A stretch of DNA of 64,000 nt from Lingula anatina (taxonomy: Eukaryota; Animalia; Brachiopoda). The first letter of the stretch is position 1; each line of letters begins with the position of its first letter. Made by a program: the position numbers and the translations under genes. The notes under the pieces are model-generated. The model saw only the letters and a program-made list of their open reading frames with translations. It had not been told where the DNA came from and searched no databases. The stretch spans positions 19,964,001 through 20,028,000 of the forward strand of contig CM120642.1 of NCBI GenBank assembly GCA_051362555.1, written 5' to 3'. This document shows, piece after piece, positions 1 through 13,309 of this stretch.

Positions 1-445
1 AAGCTGGGTAAAGGCAGTGTTTTTTTAAATGACGAACACCCACGCTGACAATTCAACTAGCATCTAAATGCATAAATTACACAGGGAAAATTCACACAGA
101 CATATTCCCATTTCCAAATTTAGGCACATTTCAATATTTCCCTATGTACCATTTTGAGCATATATTTATCAGATTTAAAACTCCAAGTCAGATCAAAATA
201 ATGGAAGATGCAACAATGACAAAAAGACAAAAAATGGCGAAACAAGACATTGTTGGTATTTTATGTGAACATAAAAGCAAACGTGATCCTAACCTTACTT
301 CCAGTCCGTCAGCTCTAACTGATATTATTCTAACATTCAGTGCTATGATTAACAACACTCTGTAGGACAAAACCATTCCTCAGATTCAAGTTCCTCACAA
401 CTCACTGACTGGAATCTTATGTTAATCCATTAGTTTGTTCGGTGT

Positions 446-3400
446 TTATCTCACTTTATTTATATTATTTTCTGTGTTACTACAGTAACCATTCAGAAGC
501 TCAGTATTGCTTGTTGATTGGCCAACATTTTTATTCCTTAGGTCCCCTTCATTGTTCAGTAGCATGTCCATACTATTATCTTTTTCACTGGAGGGAACAG
601 TTTCAAAACTACTTCTATTCCCATCAATTTGGTTGAAGTTATCTGTCGCAACATTTTCAGACCCAGTGACTTGGGTAGTACAGTCTTTGGTACCCATGTT
701 CTGGGCAATACAGTTCGTGGTACCTGTCATTCGTGCATTACTGTCAGTGGTGCCAATGACCTGGGCAGAACAGTCTGTGGTGACCGTGAACTTGGCGGTA
801 CAGTCCCTGGTACCCTTGAGCTTGGCGGTATGGTCAGTGGTACCCTTGACCTGTGTGGTATAGTCTGTGACAACGGTAAAATTACCACTACAAGAGCCAG
901 ACTCTGTATTGCACATTTCAGCAGTTCTGTCTTCTGGAATTCTTTCACCAGCATCACATAAATTAGCACCAATTTCTTCAGCGTCTTTGTCACTTATACC
1001 AGACAGCTTTGAAGCCATGCTTTTTCTTTTCACATCTGTCTGCACCTTTTTCTGGAACATTAAATTATAAAGTCTTATCAAGCATCTCAAAACACTCAAT
1101 AATAACAACACTACATCAATCAGTGCTTTAAGACTTTTGAAGTATCTTTTGTTTACTCTGGTGAACACAATTTATCTTAGTGTCTTCTCAATCTAACTTT
1201 TAAATAAATAATTTCTGTATGAGTAATATTTTAAAGCAAAAAAGACAAGTCACTTTTCACCTTTTTAAACTGCCTGTTACTGTCATGCAATTTCTGATGC
1301 TGGCATAGCTTTTGCTGAAATTAAAATAAAATATCACTTTACTGCCCCTGGAGATAAATACACTGAGTATAAAAACCATGAACATTTTACCATAGAGATG
1401 TTCTTTTTAAATATGACCTTATCCTTATTTTCTAGAAATATCCAAATCCACTATGAAAAAAGTGTTAAAAGTACATTCTGATACAGAACGCATGTAACAG
1501 TTAGTTTTGAATTTTAAAGTTACATTTGAAGCCAGTGTGAATTTGCATAAAGTCCACTTGTACAAGTTTCTTAAAAAACTCAAAAAGAGTCAACATGCCA
1601 AGGGATAAACCTAATTAATCACTCTATCAGCTATAAAATATTTTTACAACTGCACCATCTTCAAAAATTCTGGCCGTAAATTGGCCTCTTTATCTCTCCA
1701 ATCTGTAAAAATTTGCCAAATTGGCCATGTATGGTGCATTACTGCTGCTCACACAAAAGCAAAATTATTCAAATGAGTTGCCAAAAACGGCCAAGGTTAT
1801 ATGTAGCACAGAAAGAAATTTTTTTTAGGAAATATAAAATTCTGTTCTTTGGAATTTCTAAGTTATTTTATTTGAAACTATATGGTGGCATTTGGTCAGT
1901 TTTGTGGCAAATGTGCAACTTCAAATGCATCTTTAATAAGGCAAAAAACAAGTAAGCACTGAAATACTCAGGACAAAAAGCTAATTAAGTATGTTCTCAT
2001 GATTCTAGTATTTCCTTCAACTCTTTCTTCAATATACTATTTCAGTATCTTCCTTCCTCAAAATAAGTATAATACATACTTTTGTTGCAAATGTCCTGCT
2101 ACACCCAGTTTGTGTACAGGGAAACCTCTTCCCGTCATGGTACGACTTCAAGTGGTGCGTCAGGTTCCTCATGTCTAAGTAGGACCTGGGGCAGTTATCG
2201 TGGGGGCAGGCGAAGAGGTCCCTCTCTCCACTGTGAACTGCTTCATGTTTTCTCAGCCACTCTTTCCTGGTGAATGTTTTCTTACAGGTAGAGCAAGTGT
2301 GAACTGGAAAAAGATGACTACTATGTAGCATCAATCAGTCTTGATTGAATGTCTTAAATTTACAGAAAAGTACTGGTTAATAATGTCAACTGAAAGCATT
2401 TGACATTGATACATTTTACAGATTCAACTACTGAAATTGGTTTCAACATTTAATATTACTTGGTTTTGTTACTTTTGATGTTATAACAATCAAACCATTT
2501 AAACATTAAAATAGCTTTTGGTGCTAAAAATTATAGAAACAGTACTTTATAAATTTTATCAGTTATTTCATAACTGTCATTCAATCTTTTAATTAATGAA
2601 ATATGCAATAATTTTTTTTTAAATAAAGATCATACAAGTATGCACTATAAAGTAACACCACCAGATCGCATAATTACCTTTAACATGATCCTTTGAAAGG
2701 TGTTTTCGCAGTTGTGACCATTTTGCAAAGAGGGCATCACAACCTTCGTGACTGCACTTGTAGCCTGCAAAGTGATTAAATTTGATATTCATTATTTTTA
2801 TTCTTATTTACCTATAAGTTTTAATTTTCCTGAATATTTACCAAAGTTCCTCAACAATGTAACAATATCTACACTTGACCAAAAAGGTCGCAAACATGAA
2901 ATTGTTCTTCAATAATGAAAATATAATGAAGTGGAGAAATCTTCAGTGTGAATAAAATAAGTAGTGAATGGTGGGTGCATTATCCATCAATATTGGGTTA
3001 AAATATTTACTTTCGCTCATATTGTTGCTTTATAATAATTCAAAATAATGTTGTTTCCAAACTTTTTAGGGTAATTTATATGCAACAAAAATATATATAA
3101 ATTTAAGCTTTGAGAGCAAATGTTTAATTAAAAAAATGTCTGATAATGAATAATGGATTCAGTCGATTTTAAAAATAAAACTATTTAAACACCCTAGTAA
3201 TCAAAAGTGGTTAAAAAGAATATATCTCTCAGCCTCTATGACAAGTTTAATGTTATCTCATTTGATACTAAGATTTAATGTTTAATTCCAAATAATGTCT
3301 GAAAATGAATAATGGATTCAGTCGATTTTAAAAAATAAATTTATTTAAACACCCTAGTAATCAAAAGTGGTTAAAAATAATATCTCAGCCTCTATGACAA

Positions 3401-6400
3401 GTTTAATGTTATCTCATTTGATACTAAGATTTAATGTTAGGCTGAATATGTTAAAAGTCTACTTATTTAAAAGGAAAGTGGTGGTGATCAACAACTGTTG
3501 CTCTTTACAAATGTTGCAGATATTATTACTAAAACTTAATTATAATAAAAATATTATTAACAAAACACAAAACCTTAGTCAACATTTCACATTTGCAATT
3601 TTTATCAGCAGATAATTTTATCTTTAATCTCATCTGAGTACAGAATTTTCCCTTGCTAAACAGATTAGGGACAGACCACTAGCTACATTACATACCTTCA
3701 TGTACTTTTTCGTGTTGTTTTAACTTGCTTGGCAGAATAAAGCTTAGTCCACAGCCTTCAAAAGGGCACCTGTTTGAAACAGAATAAAAAAAATATGATC
3801 ATTATATAAACATGTGACACAAAAAAACTAAAACACTGTTTACTTTTTCTAAAACACGAATAACCATATAGCAATTAATTATACAGACAGTTGAAAATTA
3901 CTCCAAACTTTTTCTTCCTGTATCTATCTTTCTGCAAAATGTCTTTCAAAACTAGAGAAAAAATTCACTTTAAATCTAATGTTGTACTGATCAATCAAAC
4001 ATCATTGTTTTTTTAAGAACCACAAATGCTCTTCACATTCTTTTGAAATGGGAGAAAAACTACACAGAACTCAATACATTTGCTAGTGACATAAATTATC
4101 TACACAAAAAACCCTGTGGGTCTAGGATTGAAAGAGAGATAAAATAAAACATTAATTACTTGATAAAATAGTACAAGAGGACTATCCTTCCATAACATGT
4201 AGGGCACAGGAATGAAAACAACACTGCCCAAGAGCAGTTTTGTGAACTTTCACCGATTTAACTTCTTTGGGGGAGGGAGAGGAGGGAGGGGGAGAAGGGG
4301 CCATTTCCAAAATTAACTGGACACAATATAATACTCACTTATAAGGCTTGATGCCAGTGTGTTCATAACTGTGGACTGTTAAATGTTGATGCTTCTTGAA
4401 ACTTTTACCACAGCCAGAATATTCACACTAAAATTGTAAATAACATAAAAAAGGTTATTAATAAATTATAAATATAATAAGTAATATACAAATACTTGTA
4501 ATCTGATTAACTTCTAAATACCAGTTTTCTTCCAAAAAAAATGTAATTGAATCTTATTTTTCCCTCAGTGACTTGTTAAAAGTACCCTTTACAGGATTTG
4601 CCAGGATCTGCCAAAATAAATTTTCCTCAGAGAAACAGCAAGTTATCCTATTCATGAATCATTGCTCCGCCTGGCCCTGCATTTGGCTTTGGGAAATTTA
4701 CAAATGCACCGAATGCCCCTTTAAACATCCTTCAGGAAAAGCTTCAAGGAGGTGAGCGGTCGTTACATACCACATACTGCCGCAAAACATGCATTCTCTT
4801 CATATGCCTCTTCATGATATCCATGGAGGTGAAAATCAGAGCACAGTTCTCATGAGGGCAGCTACAGGATATAAAAATAACAGTATTAAAGCTGACATGG
4901 GCCAGCATCTTCATTTTCAAATGTTTTAACAAGTCAGGGGTGAATTGAGGCCGTCTTCTCTGTCTTCTGGAAGACTGTCAGATTTTCAAGTTTACATTGA
5001 TGGGTTTTAGTATCTAATTTTTTCTGTCGGAAGACGGTCAAAAATGATGGATGGATCAACAAAAATCATTTGGAAGACTGTCACAAATTCAGCACATGCC
5101 AGCTTGTTCATGAATTTCAGCCGCATTTGCATTAAATTTTACCACGACAATCACAAAGGTCAGAAGTGTCTGTTTTCTTACTAAATCTTGAGTGCCTTTT
5201 TATGAAAACATTTATTACAATAAGTAAGCAAATGTGAGATTGTGACTGGGTCAGTAAATTAGCCACTGGGGGTTACAGTAAGTGTAACAATTCGTAGTTT
5301 GAAAGTGAAGAAGCTTGCATGTATTAGTTTTCAATCTGTTGGGGTTAAATAATTTACTCAGCAGATATATTGATAAATAAAAAAGTGTTCTACGTAATGC
5401 AATACCTTTTAAAATTCAGTAGTTATCAAGCCATCTTTGTTTTGCTGCATTCTAACAAGTAGGATGACATCTCACCATCACCAAGCATGACCACATTTTC
5501 ACACAATGAAATGACGCAATATTTCAATGTATAATGTAATATGTGTTGCGAAATATGAGAAGGCCGAGAAGATAATAACGACACTATAGGTACACTATGA
5601 AAAATTAAGTTTTATTTTAAGGTTTTATTGTCTTTAAGGTATCCTGGATATTGTTAGAAGCTTCCCAGGATATAAAGGGCATTTTTACAATCCTGGGCAC
5701 TTTTCAGATTTTCCCACATATTGCTAATTAACAAATTACATACATATGATCAAGAATTCTTTTATCACTATGTTAGAGAATGGTGTAAGTGAAGATAAAC
5801 ACTGAAAATAGAAACCAAATATCACCACCGAGTCCAAAGTTATGCTAAAGCAAAGCCCGAAAAATGACAAAAAATTTTTCCCGTTTTAGTCATATGAAAT
5901 AAAAAGCAATCTGAAATAAATTAAAACAGTGTTTGACATTGCATTTTTTTTTTTTTTGGATTATAAAACACTCAGTAGTATGGTGGAAGCAAAAAAGTTT
6001 AAATATTAACAGGAGAGAGGTGTGTCCTAGAAAAAAGTCTTTTAATGGCATGTTGGTATTTCCGTTAAACGAAATGTCCATTCCGAAACAAAAATAAATT
6101 ACTTTCAGAAAATATATCATAAAACATACAGTATAATTAACCATCCTTATCATTATTTGGGTGTATTGGTATTGTTTGTATCAAATAATGAAATCTGCGC
6201 GATGATTCTGGAGCTTGACATGGAGTGCAAAATAACCCTACCGTATTTTTCCGTTAAATTTGTCCATTCCAAAACATTGGGTTTCTCTTACATAAAAAGA
6301 ACATGTTGACACCTAGCCTGTTACAATATATATTTCTCTAAAGCCCAGGACATGTGATATCTATTTTTATATAAGAAAACCCCAGTGCACAGAAACCCAT

Positions 6401-8957
6401 TTAACTGTGGCCTTTTTTGAGAAGCTTGTTAAAAATTGTCCATTCCGAAACAAAGTACCTTTACATTGCCAATGTTATAAATAAAGAAAATTCTGTCTTT
6501 AATGCTGTATTTTTCACTTGACATGAGCAAATTACTGTAAAAGCATCATGCATATGACATAAAAATGATAGAAAAACATTTCTTCAATGGCAACTTTTTA
6601 AATTTCTATATATATCCTCAGCAAAAAAATTCATTTTAACGAGACAGCATCTTTTCTTTGGATCTACTAGAACTTCCACTGCATATTTTCCCAAAGTTCA
6701 TGTATTTCAAAGTTAAATTAACAATTAATTGAAGAGATTATATCAGTATAAATAGAAATATAGGCAATTTGGATGCTTTGTATCGGAAAGGACATTTTTT
6801 AACACATTGTCTAAAACACTTGTTTACTCTTTGGTCTGCTCATCTATTTATTATTCATGAGGAAGAGGATGATGGGAAGCACATCAAATTTATGTAGAAT
6901 ATAATTTTGAATAATATAGCTTACCTTACTTTAAATATTGCTTACTTATGATGTACATAAAAGTATACGAAAATAGTTATGAGGCTACACGTTAAAGTTG
7001 CGAGAGTCAGTTCACTGGCACAGTTTACAGAGGTGCTTGCAGGCAGACACAGGTTATAATTAACTTCCTGTGATTATTTATAACATATATATACATACAT
7101 CATGATACATCTATATATATATATATATATACCATTTAAGCAATTTCGTAAATGTTAAATAAATGTCCATTCCGAAACACAGGACATGCCTAAAAGGACA
7201 TATTTAAAAATTTAATTACTAAATTTAAACCTGACCTTGTCAAATAATATTTTATACAGCTATGAGCTGTAACAAAAGGAAGTAGAATAGGGTATAATGG
7301 AGTGTAGAAGACTCTATTTTATGTCATGATGAAATACTAATGGAGTAACATTTAAAAAAAGAATCAAAAACTATCCAAAATGACCAATTAATGTAATAAA
7401 AACAGTTCAGTTTTAATCTAGTTAACTCATATTTTGTCCAATGATTGCTTCACCTGTACCTTGTAAACCAACATACTACAGTATGAGATCTTAAGGCAAT
7501 TTCATAAATGTTAAATAAATGTCCATTCCGAAACAAGGACGTGTCTAAAAGGACATATTTTTAAACATGTCTTTACTGTTGGTAAATCTGACATTGTCAA
7601 ATAATATTTTATACAGCTATGAACTGTAACAAAAGAAACTGGAATAAGGTATAATGGCGTAAAGAATACCTGGAATATATCTCAGAATCAATATTTAATA
7701 AAATAAAATTCCAGTAATGAATTACTAGTACAGAATAGACAAAACAAGCACAAAATATAATAAAAAGACTTCAATTTTAGTTCAGCTTCCACCTATTTTG
7801 CCCAGTTATTCATAGACTTTACCTAAAACTTATAAACTCAAATACTACAATATATTAAAACAATATCATAAATGTTTAAAAAATGTCCTTTCCGAAACAG
7901 GGATGTTTCGGAAAGGACATTTATTTTAACATGACACTGCAATTAGCACACATGTCCGTGCAAAATAATATTTTACACAATCATGAAGCATAACATAAAG
8001 AGCTAATGCAAGGTAAAGTGAAGTACAGAAGTCCTCAGAATATCTCAGAATCAAAAACTTCATGGAGTCACATTTAATACTGAAACAGGAAAATTACAAA
8101 ATATCATTGATTCGTCAAATTTTGGATATTTTCATCCATTTCTTTTGCAAATACATAAAAGAGCAATACTCTCTGAGTAAAACTAAGTGGTTTTTTGGAG
8201 ATCAATACCTTAAATTATCATAAAAGTCACACACTTCAAGGTTTAGCTTATGAAAATTTGAAAAATGATTTTCAAAATTCAAATAATCATATCTTTATAC
8301 ATACACAAGGTTTTATCTCGGGATTGTCATATCTTATACCCTTCAGGTCTATACTTTCAAGAAAAGTACAAATTTCAACACAATAATGACTTCTATTTTT
8401 GACCCTTGGTGGGAAAAAAAGGAGCCCAGGATTGTAAAAATGCCCTAAATAAGACTGTGGGGTTTTTTTTAAAACATATGGAGAACGCATTTGAACTGTA
8501 ATTCTGGCATATTTTCAAAATCTTTGAAAAATAGATATCATGAACACAAATAATAATACCTTATCTGTTTTACTTTTTTCTCCTCCTCAGAGTCAGTACA
8601 GTGCCAAGTTTCCTCATGTCTTCTCAAATGTTGGGACCTGCTGTAGCTCTTGTTGCAACCTGGCCATTTGCAGACATATGGACGCTGATAAAACAATGTT
8701 AAATAAGAATATAAAATCCACATAAGCCAATAGTAAAACAACTGTGTGGGGTTTACAGTGACCGATCACGACATCATGAGAACACTGATGTACCACTGAT
8801 TAAGAACCTAAACTCTCGGTATTTCTACAGTGTAGCTGTACTTTTTAAGGTATCTTACCTCTCCTGTGTGGGTTCTTAGATGGCATTCTAATCTGCTAGG
8901 TCTCGAAAATGACTTTTGACAATCTTCGTAGGGGCACACGTGTTTCGTGGAAGCCAT
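446..8957 (-). CDS. GTF3A: Transcription factor IIIA (9 C2H2 zinc fingers), ~482 aa, 9 coding exons
   Basis: Manually spliced exons (minus): 8957-8859, 8684-8560, 4861-4771, 4427-4339, 3769-3696, 2764-2678, 2303-2080, 1314-1261, 1051-446. All GT-AG and phase-compatible, 1449 nt. Nine fingers (e.g. [53 protein letters not shown]), followed by KRKSMASKLSG, which matches the TFIIIA post-finger motif KRSLASxLxG. Confidence 0.92.
659..868 (-). repeat. Coding 30-bp minisatellite, 7 units (10-aa repeat), in the TFIIIA last exon
   Basis: Translation: TDYTTQVKGT TDHTAKLKGT RDCTAKFTVT TDCSAQVIGT TDSNARMTGT TNCIAQNMGT KDCTTQVTGS. Confidence 0.9.
3119..3437. repeat. Tandem duplication, 2 x ~158 bp, in TFIIIA intron 5
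   Basis: The block aatgtctga(t/a)aatgaataatggattcagtcgatttt...tttaaacaccctagtaatcaaaagtggtt...ctcatttgatactaagatttaatgtt occurs twice back-to-back with few differences. Confidence 0.9.
4935..5085. mobile_element. MITE family B (caggggtg... termini), truncated copy
   Basis: Reverse-complement similarity to the full copy at 23694-23861 and same orientation as 34224-34390 (gaggccgtctt...ggaagactgtcag...ttttttctgtcggaagac...ggatggatcaaca). Confidence 0.75.
5677..8445. mobile_element. Non-autonomous TIR DNA transposon (~2.77 kb), 4-bp TAAA TSD, Sola-like termini
   Basis: Perfect 22-bp TIR gggcatttttacaatcctgggc (5677) / gcccaggattgtaaaaatgccc (ends 8445), flanked by taaa on both sides (5673-5676, 8446-8449). 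No long ORF inside. Superfamily assignment rests only on the GGG terminus and the 4-bp TSD. Confidence 0.8.
7131..8200. repeat. Three diverged ~360-bp tandem units inside the TIR element
   Basis: The block aaatgtcc(a/t)ttccgaaaca...aaggacat...aaataatatttt...ctatga recurs at ~7161, ~7517 and ~7881. End coordinate is approximate. Confidence 0.75.
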
Positions 8958-9314
8958 CTTTGTTTTGCTGCATGAACTTTTCCAATGTTGGGGATCTAGG
9001 TACAAAACGGTAAAAATGAGTGTAGCAAAAATTTTAAAGATGATTTTATCTTTGCTATAATATTTTACTTTTATAATCAAGAAATTTTCGTTATTGTTTT
9101 TCAAGTTTTAAAAAGTATATATTTGAAAATATTTTAGGGAGATGCAAATATCGTGATAAAAGCACCCCTTCCTTTTTAGTGGATCTGTCCACTTAAAATG
9201 GGTAAACAGGTCGACACCGATACTGCCATGTTCCATCACATGACCAAACAAGTTGCGGTGTAAAGTCTACTGAGGAAATTGAAGACTAACGGAAAGAAAA
9301 TAATGTTTTGGGAG
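8958..9314. promoter_or_regulatory. Putative bidirectional promoter GTF3A/OCA2 with a non-coding first OCA2 exon
   Basis: TFIIIA ATG at 8957 (minus) and a strong plus-strand donor GAG|gtaagt at 9314/9315 are only ~360 bp apart. CpGs are locally more frequent (9210-9490). Transcription starts cannot be seen from sequence. Confidence 0.5.
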
Positions 9315-11200
9315 GTAAGTTAGATATTGACTTGCAACGATCCACATTATCTCTTTTTAAGCGTTTGCCATGATTGGGATCATTATCATACAACCAGATA
9401 AGTTAAATGATTAGAGAGTCAAAAAAAGCTGCACTGCTGACTGCGAGAATCGTTAAATACGCGTATGTGTGCGAGAACTGGCCCGTAGCAGCTACCCTTG
9501 TGTTCAAGTAGAGAACAAAAATGAAAAAGAAACTGAACCTATATTACAGTATTTCTTTCATAAAGAAATGGCAAACTAATGAAAAGGTTTCATTTTTATT
9601 TTATTTTATTTAGTTTGCGAATTTTCGTCATTTTCCTAACTATAGTTAAAGAAAACGAAACTACTTTTTAGTCATTTTTAAACTTCCAAAACGTGAAGTT
9701 CAAGGTAGAAAATTTTGTTTTCACATTTTGTCCATAGTTAGTTCCCAAAAATAAAATATAAATTGATACGATTCTTGATACTCCGTACATGTATTGAATT
9801 TGATACTCATTGTGAGTATTATAAATAGAGAATATTAATACATTATATGTGTTCAATGCATTTTGTTTGCAAAGAGTATACTTTCATTATAAACATATTT
9901 TGCATTAACTAAACAACCAACTTCCTAGCACAAAAACACCCTGTAGATGTATATTCTAGTACTACACAGTACTAGTACTTAAATCACATTTTCTTCACAT
10001 GACTTCAAGCCAATTATACATGTACTAGTAGGTAGTTAACAGTTGATGTAACTTGCATGTCTTGGGGTTACAATGTAGTACATACTAAGGATGCAGGATG
10101 CCTTTGGGCACCTGAAATATGATAGGGAGAAGTTTATGTCCATATATCACTGAAAAAGGTACTTGTCTGTATAAGTTTTGTAAAATTTATGCATTAATTA
10201 TTCAGCATTCAAAAATTCTCTGTATTTATTGGATACAATTTTTTTTTTTTTTTGTATATGATAACCGTATGTTTTAGATATTTGGGGAATTAACTGGTTA
10301 TTGTTTTTGCAACATTGTAACTGAAATTTACTGTTAAACCTATACATGTAGTACATGTACTAGTTCTTTTTTTAAGTTAATTGAGAGAGAGAGAGAATTT
10401 CAGTTTGTACAGAACAGAATTAACATGAGCAGTAACAGAACAAATACTGTCATTTCTCCACTTATAAAAATTAAGTAAAACCCTGACCACTTAATAAATA
10501 GGCTGAATAGCAAAATTACACCATTTACCACATCCTTTCAACACCAACCTGTTATCAGCACACTATAGTTGTCTTCTTTTGTGAATGGGTCATTGATCTT
10601 AAGTGTGTCCACCTTAATTAAGGTAAATGAGCAGGGACTGTAATAGCAATTATACCAGTCTGCCCTTCAAGCCCCCAAATGATACAGGGTCTTCAATTAA
10701 AAAGACTTTCATTTAAGAGTATATCACTAGTAGATAGATAAATAAATCAAATTGTTTTTGATGTCAGTTCTTGTGAAGGTTCTATTGTGTCTAGAACTTT
10801 GAGGAATATTGTTGGTCCTTGCATTGGCCAAGTACAGTAAAACACTGCTCAGGCAGTCAGTTTTTACCTGCACTCCAACCAAGCAGGTCTATAAGGTCAT
10901 GCACTTAATTTTCTTCTAACATTTTGCACACTGAGCCATTTCTGCTGCAGGTTTTGTTTAGGTCTGTTATTTTTTAAGCAAGGAAATTATAAATCTAACA
11001 TTATACCAGTGATGTAATCAGGCTGTGCTGAAATTAATAAAAGAAATGAAAGTGAAGAAAAACCTTTGTGCTCTGTCTAGCTGTTCAGTACTAGTTGAAA
11101 CTTTCATGCTGATTTATTATCTTTGCCCTGTGATTAGAAAGGTTCCACTTACTAGTAAGCAGAATCACACATGCACAGGGTTCAAGCTGGTCTGAGTAAG

Positions 11201-11456
11201 AGACCATTCCCAGACCCTGTCGTACTAACTGTGGATCAATCTATCTTCATTGGGATTCTTGCTAAATTACAGTCAGCCTATTAGATGTCTGTCACACCTT
11301 TTACAGCTGCTAGGAGGTAATTAATTATTGTTTACGGGCTTCAGTATAGGCCTTTCAGACATCTAAGCCGCTTAAAGGCTGAAAGCAGTTTAGCAAGATA
11401 TCCCTCGGAGATGGATCGATCCTGTAAGATCACTCTAGGTATGGGAACCCAGTCTG
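11201..11456. mobile_element. MITE family A (~250 bp, internally palindromic)
   Basis: agaccattcccagaccc...ggagatggatcgatcctg...ctaggtatgggaacccagtct. Homologous copies at 17731, 28003, 53665 and 60835. Confidence 0.8.
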
Positions 11457-11967
11457 AGACACACCTCCCCAAAGCCGTGGTCTTAGTAGGCTGCATGTCC
11501 ACAAGGTGATGAGGTTCTTGTCCAGTCGCATTTGTCACTTTAGTTGTCAAGATAGGGCTGAAACATTCTAGTTTTAGCCTCCAGACAGTCATGTGGGCAG
11601 TTATTCTTCCATTGTCTGACATGTTTGTGAAGCAAACCTACAACCCAGTTTCATCAGGTGAATACTTTTTGTTGTAGCTCACTTAGTGGGAGTTTGTGAC
11701 CTCTTTCGTACCAATCACATGATACTGATGAGACTGATTTATTATTGTTTTGCGAAAAAGGAATAGAATATTAATCATGGTTTTAGAAGAGGAAAATTGA
11801 TTTATTAAGAAACAATCATGAGACTGTCTTTGCCTTACTTGGCAAGGTGTTAGGGAAGGTGTGAGCATGCCTGTGCATACAGCCAGTGATTTCTAGTTCT
11901 GTGTTCTCCCATAGCTAATAGTTCTTTGAAAATTTGCAAGAGCTGTTAGTCTAATAGCAAGTTTGAA

Positions 11968-12023
11968 ATGAATCGCGGGAAAGAACCTTCAGACATATTG
12001 AAACTTGTTGCTCCATTGGCAAG
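11968..12023 (+). CDS. OCA2: Putative alternative first coding exon of OCA2 (MNRGKEPSDILKLVAPLAR)
   Basis: ATG at 11968, open to a strong donor AAG|gtaagt (phase 2), which joins in frame to the exon starting at 17557 (g CAG CTA AGA...). Confidence 0.5.
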
Positions 12024-13275
12024 GTAAGTGAGATTACAGTTTGTACTTAATTGTGTCACGCGTGCACTGTCACATTAATATGAATGCACACAAACACACA
12101 AATGTTTATTTTTTTATGAAAATTGTGCATGTCATGATTATTCATGGCTTGATGCACAGACAGCAGCCCTGTCTACATGGCGTTGCCCTCCGCTGATCAC
12201 CGTGGGTGGTCTTGGGTTGCCATGGTGAGCACCAGTCTTTTTAAAACCGAAGATGACTCAAGGTTTTTGTTGAAATTTTTGTACAATGCTATATATATTG
12301 GGCATGGCAGTGTTTGAAATTTCATCATATGGTGATATTTACTAGAAATTATTAGTCACATCTTCCAGAAAATAGAAACAATGTTTTCCAAATTTGAATG
12401 AATTAAAAGAAACTTACTGTTGTATTCCTTGTGAATAGTTAACTTGATATCACATTTATTTTTCTTGGGGGATTTGCCCCATCTTTGTTTCAAAATACAA
12501 AAAGAAGGGCTTGAGTTAGTTGTATTAGCTGAAAGAATGCATTTAAAAGTCTACCAAGAAATTGTCATCATTTTAAATCTTATTTATTTAATTGAGCTTA
12601 CAGGTGCATGTTCAAAATCTTATAACTTCATAACATCAAAAAATGGAATCAGACACAGGTGTCAGAGAAGACTGAGTTAAAATGGTTGGATGAACTCCAT
12701 ATGAATAAAAAAGAAATGGCAAGGGAACTTAATTAACTATATTATTTTCATTGAATTGAAAACCTCTTGTAAAGTAGACACAAAGCAGTAAGAGTAACTT
12801 TCTAATAGACCCCCTTCAAAAAAAAAAAAAGATCAAGACCTGTTTTTATAGATAATAAAAGTATATTATGCCAAAAAATCACTGGCTGTGACACTTAATT
12901 CTAGTCTTCAAAAACAACAATCCAGATAATTAGATTGGATTGGGAATGTCTTCAAACACGTCTTTATCAGATCTGGACCCAATCATGTGACCAGTGGGCA
13001 CTGCGTGCTCCTATATGGTACAGAAGATAAGATGCCGCGGCTTGAGGGTTATATAGTGGGACACAGTCGAGAAGTGATTTCTTCTTATCTGTAAACTTAC
13101 AGTAGATTGTCAATATAGGTACATGTATCACATAAGTGCATAGTCTTTTTCCCTTTTTGACATTTTTTTTTTCAGTGAGTATGACCACTTCAAATGTGTT
13201 TTGGTTATTTGTCATTATTTGTTTTAAATGTATTAAATGAGAAAGGATTTTTAAATTGCAAGGTGTAGTACCTTG

Positions 13276-13309
<34 letters not shown>

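Noticed and set aside
507-1070. Overlapping ORFs (507-863, 629-961, 727-993, 867-1070) with periodic sequence
   Set aside because: They are shadow frames of the 30-bp coding repeat in the TFIIIA last exon.
6072-7922. Recurrent tgtccattccgaaaca motif as a CRISPR-like array
   Set aside because: Spacing is irregular and long (175-700 bp), the intervening DNA is itself repetitive, there are no cas genes, and it lies in a eukaryotic intron inside a TIR element.
1052-8858. 5S rRNA-mimic cassette exon in TFIIIA introns, as in plant TFIIIA
   Set aside because: No 5S rRNA-like sequence was recognised by eye; a covariance-model search would be needed to exclude a diverged one.
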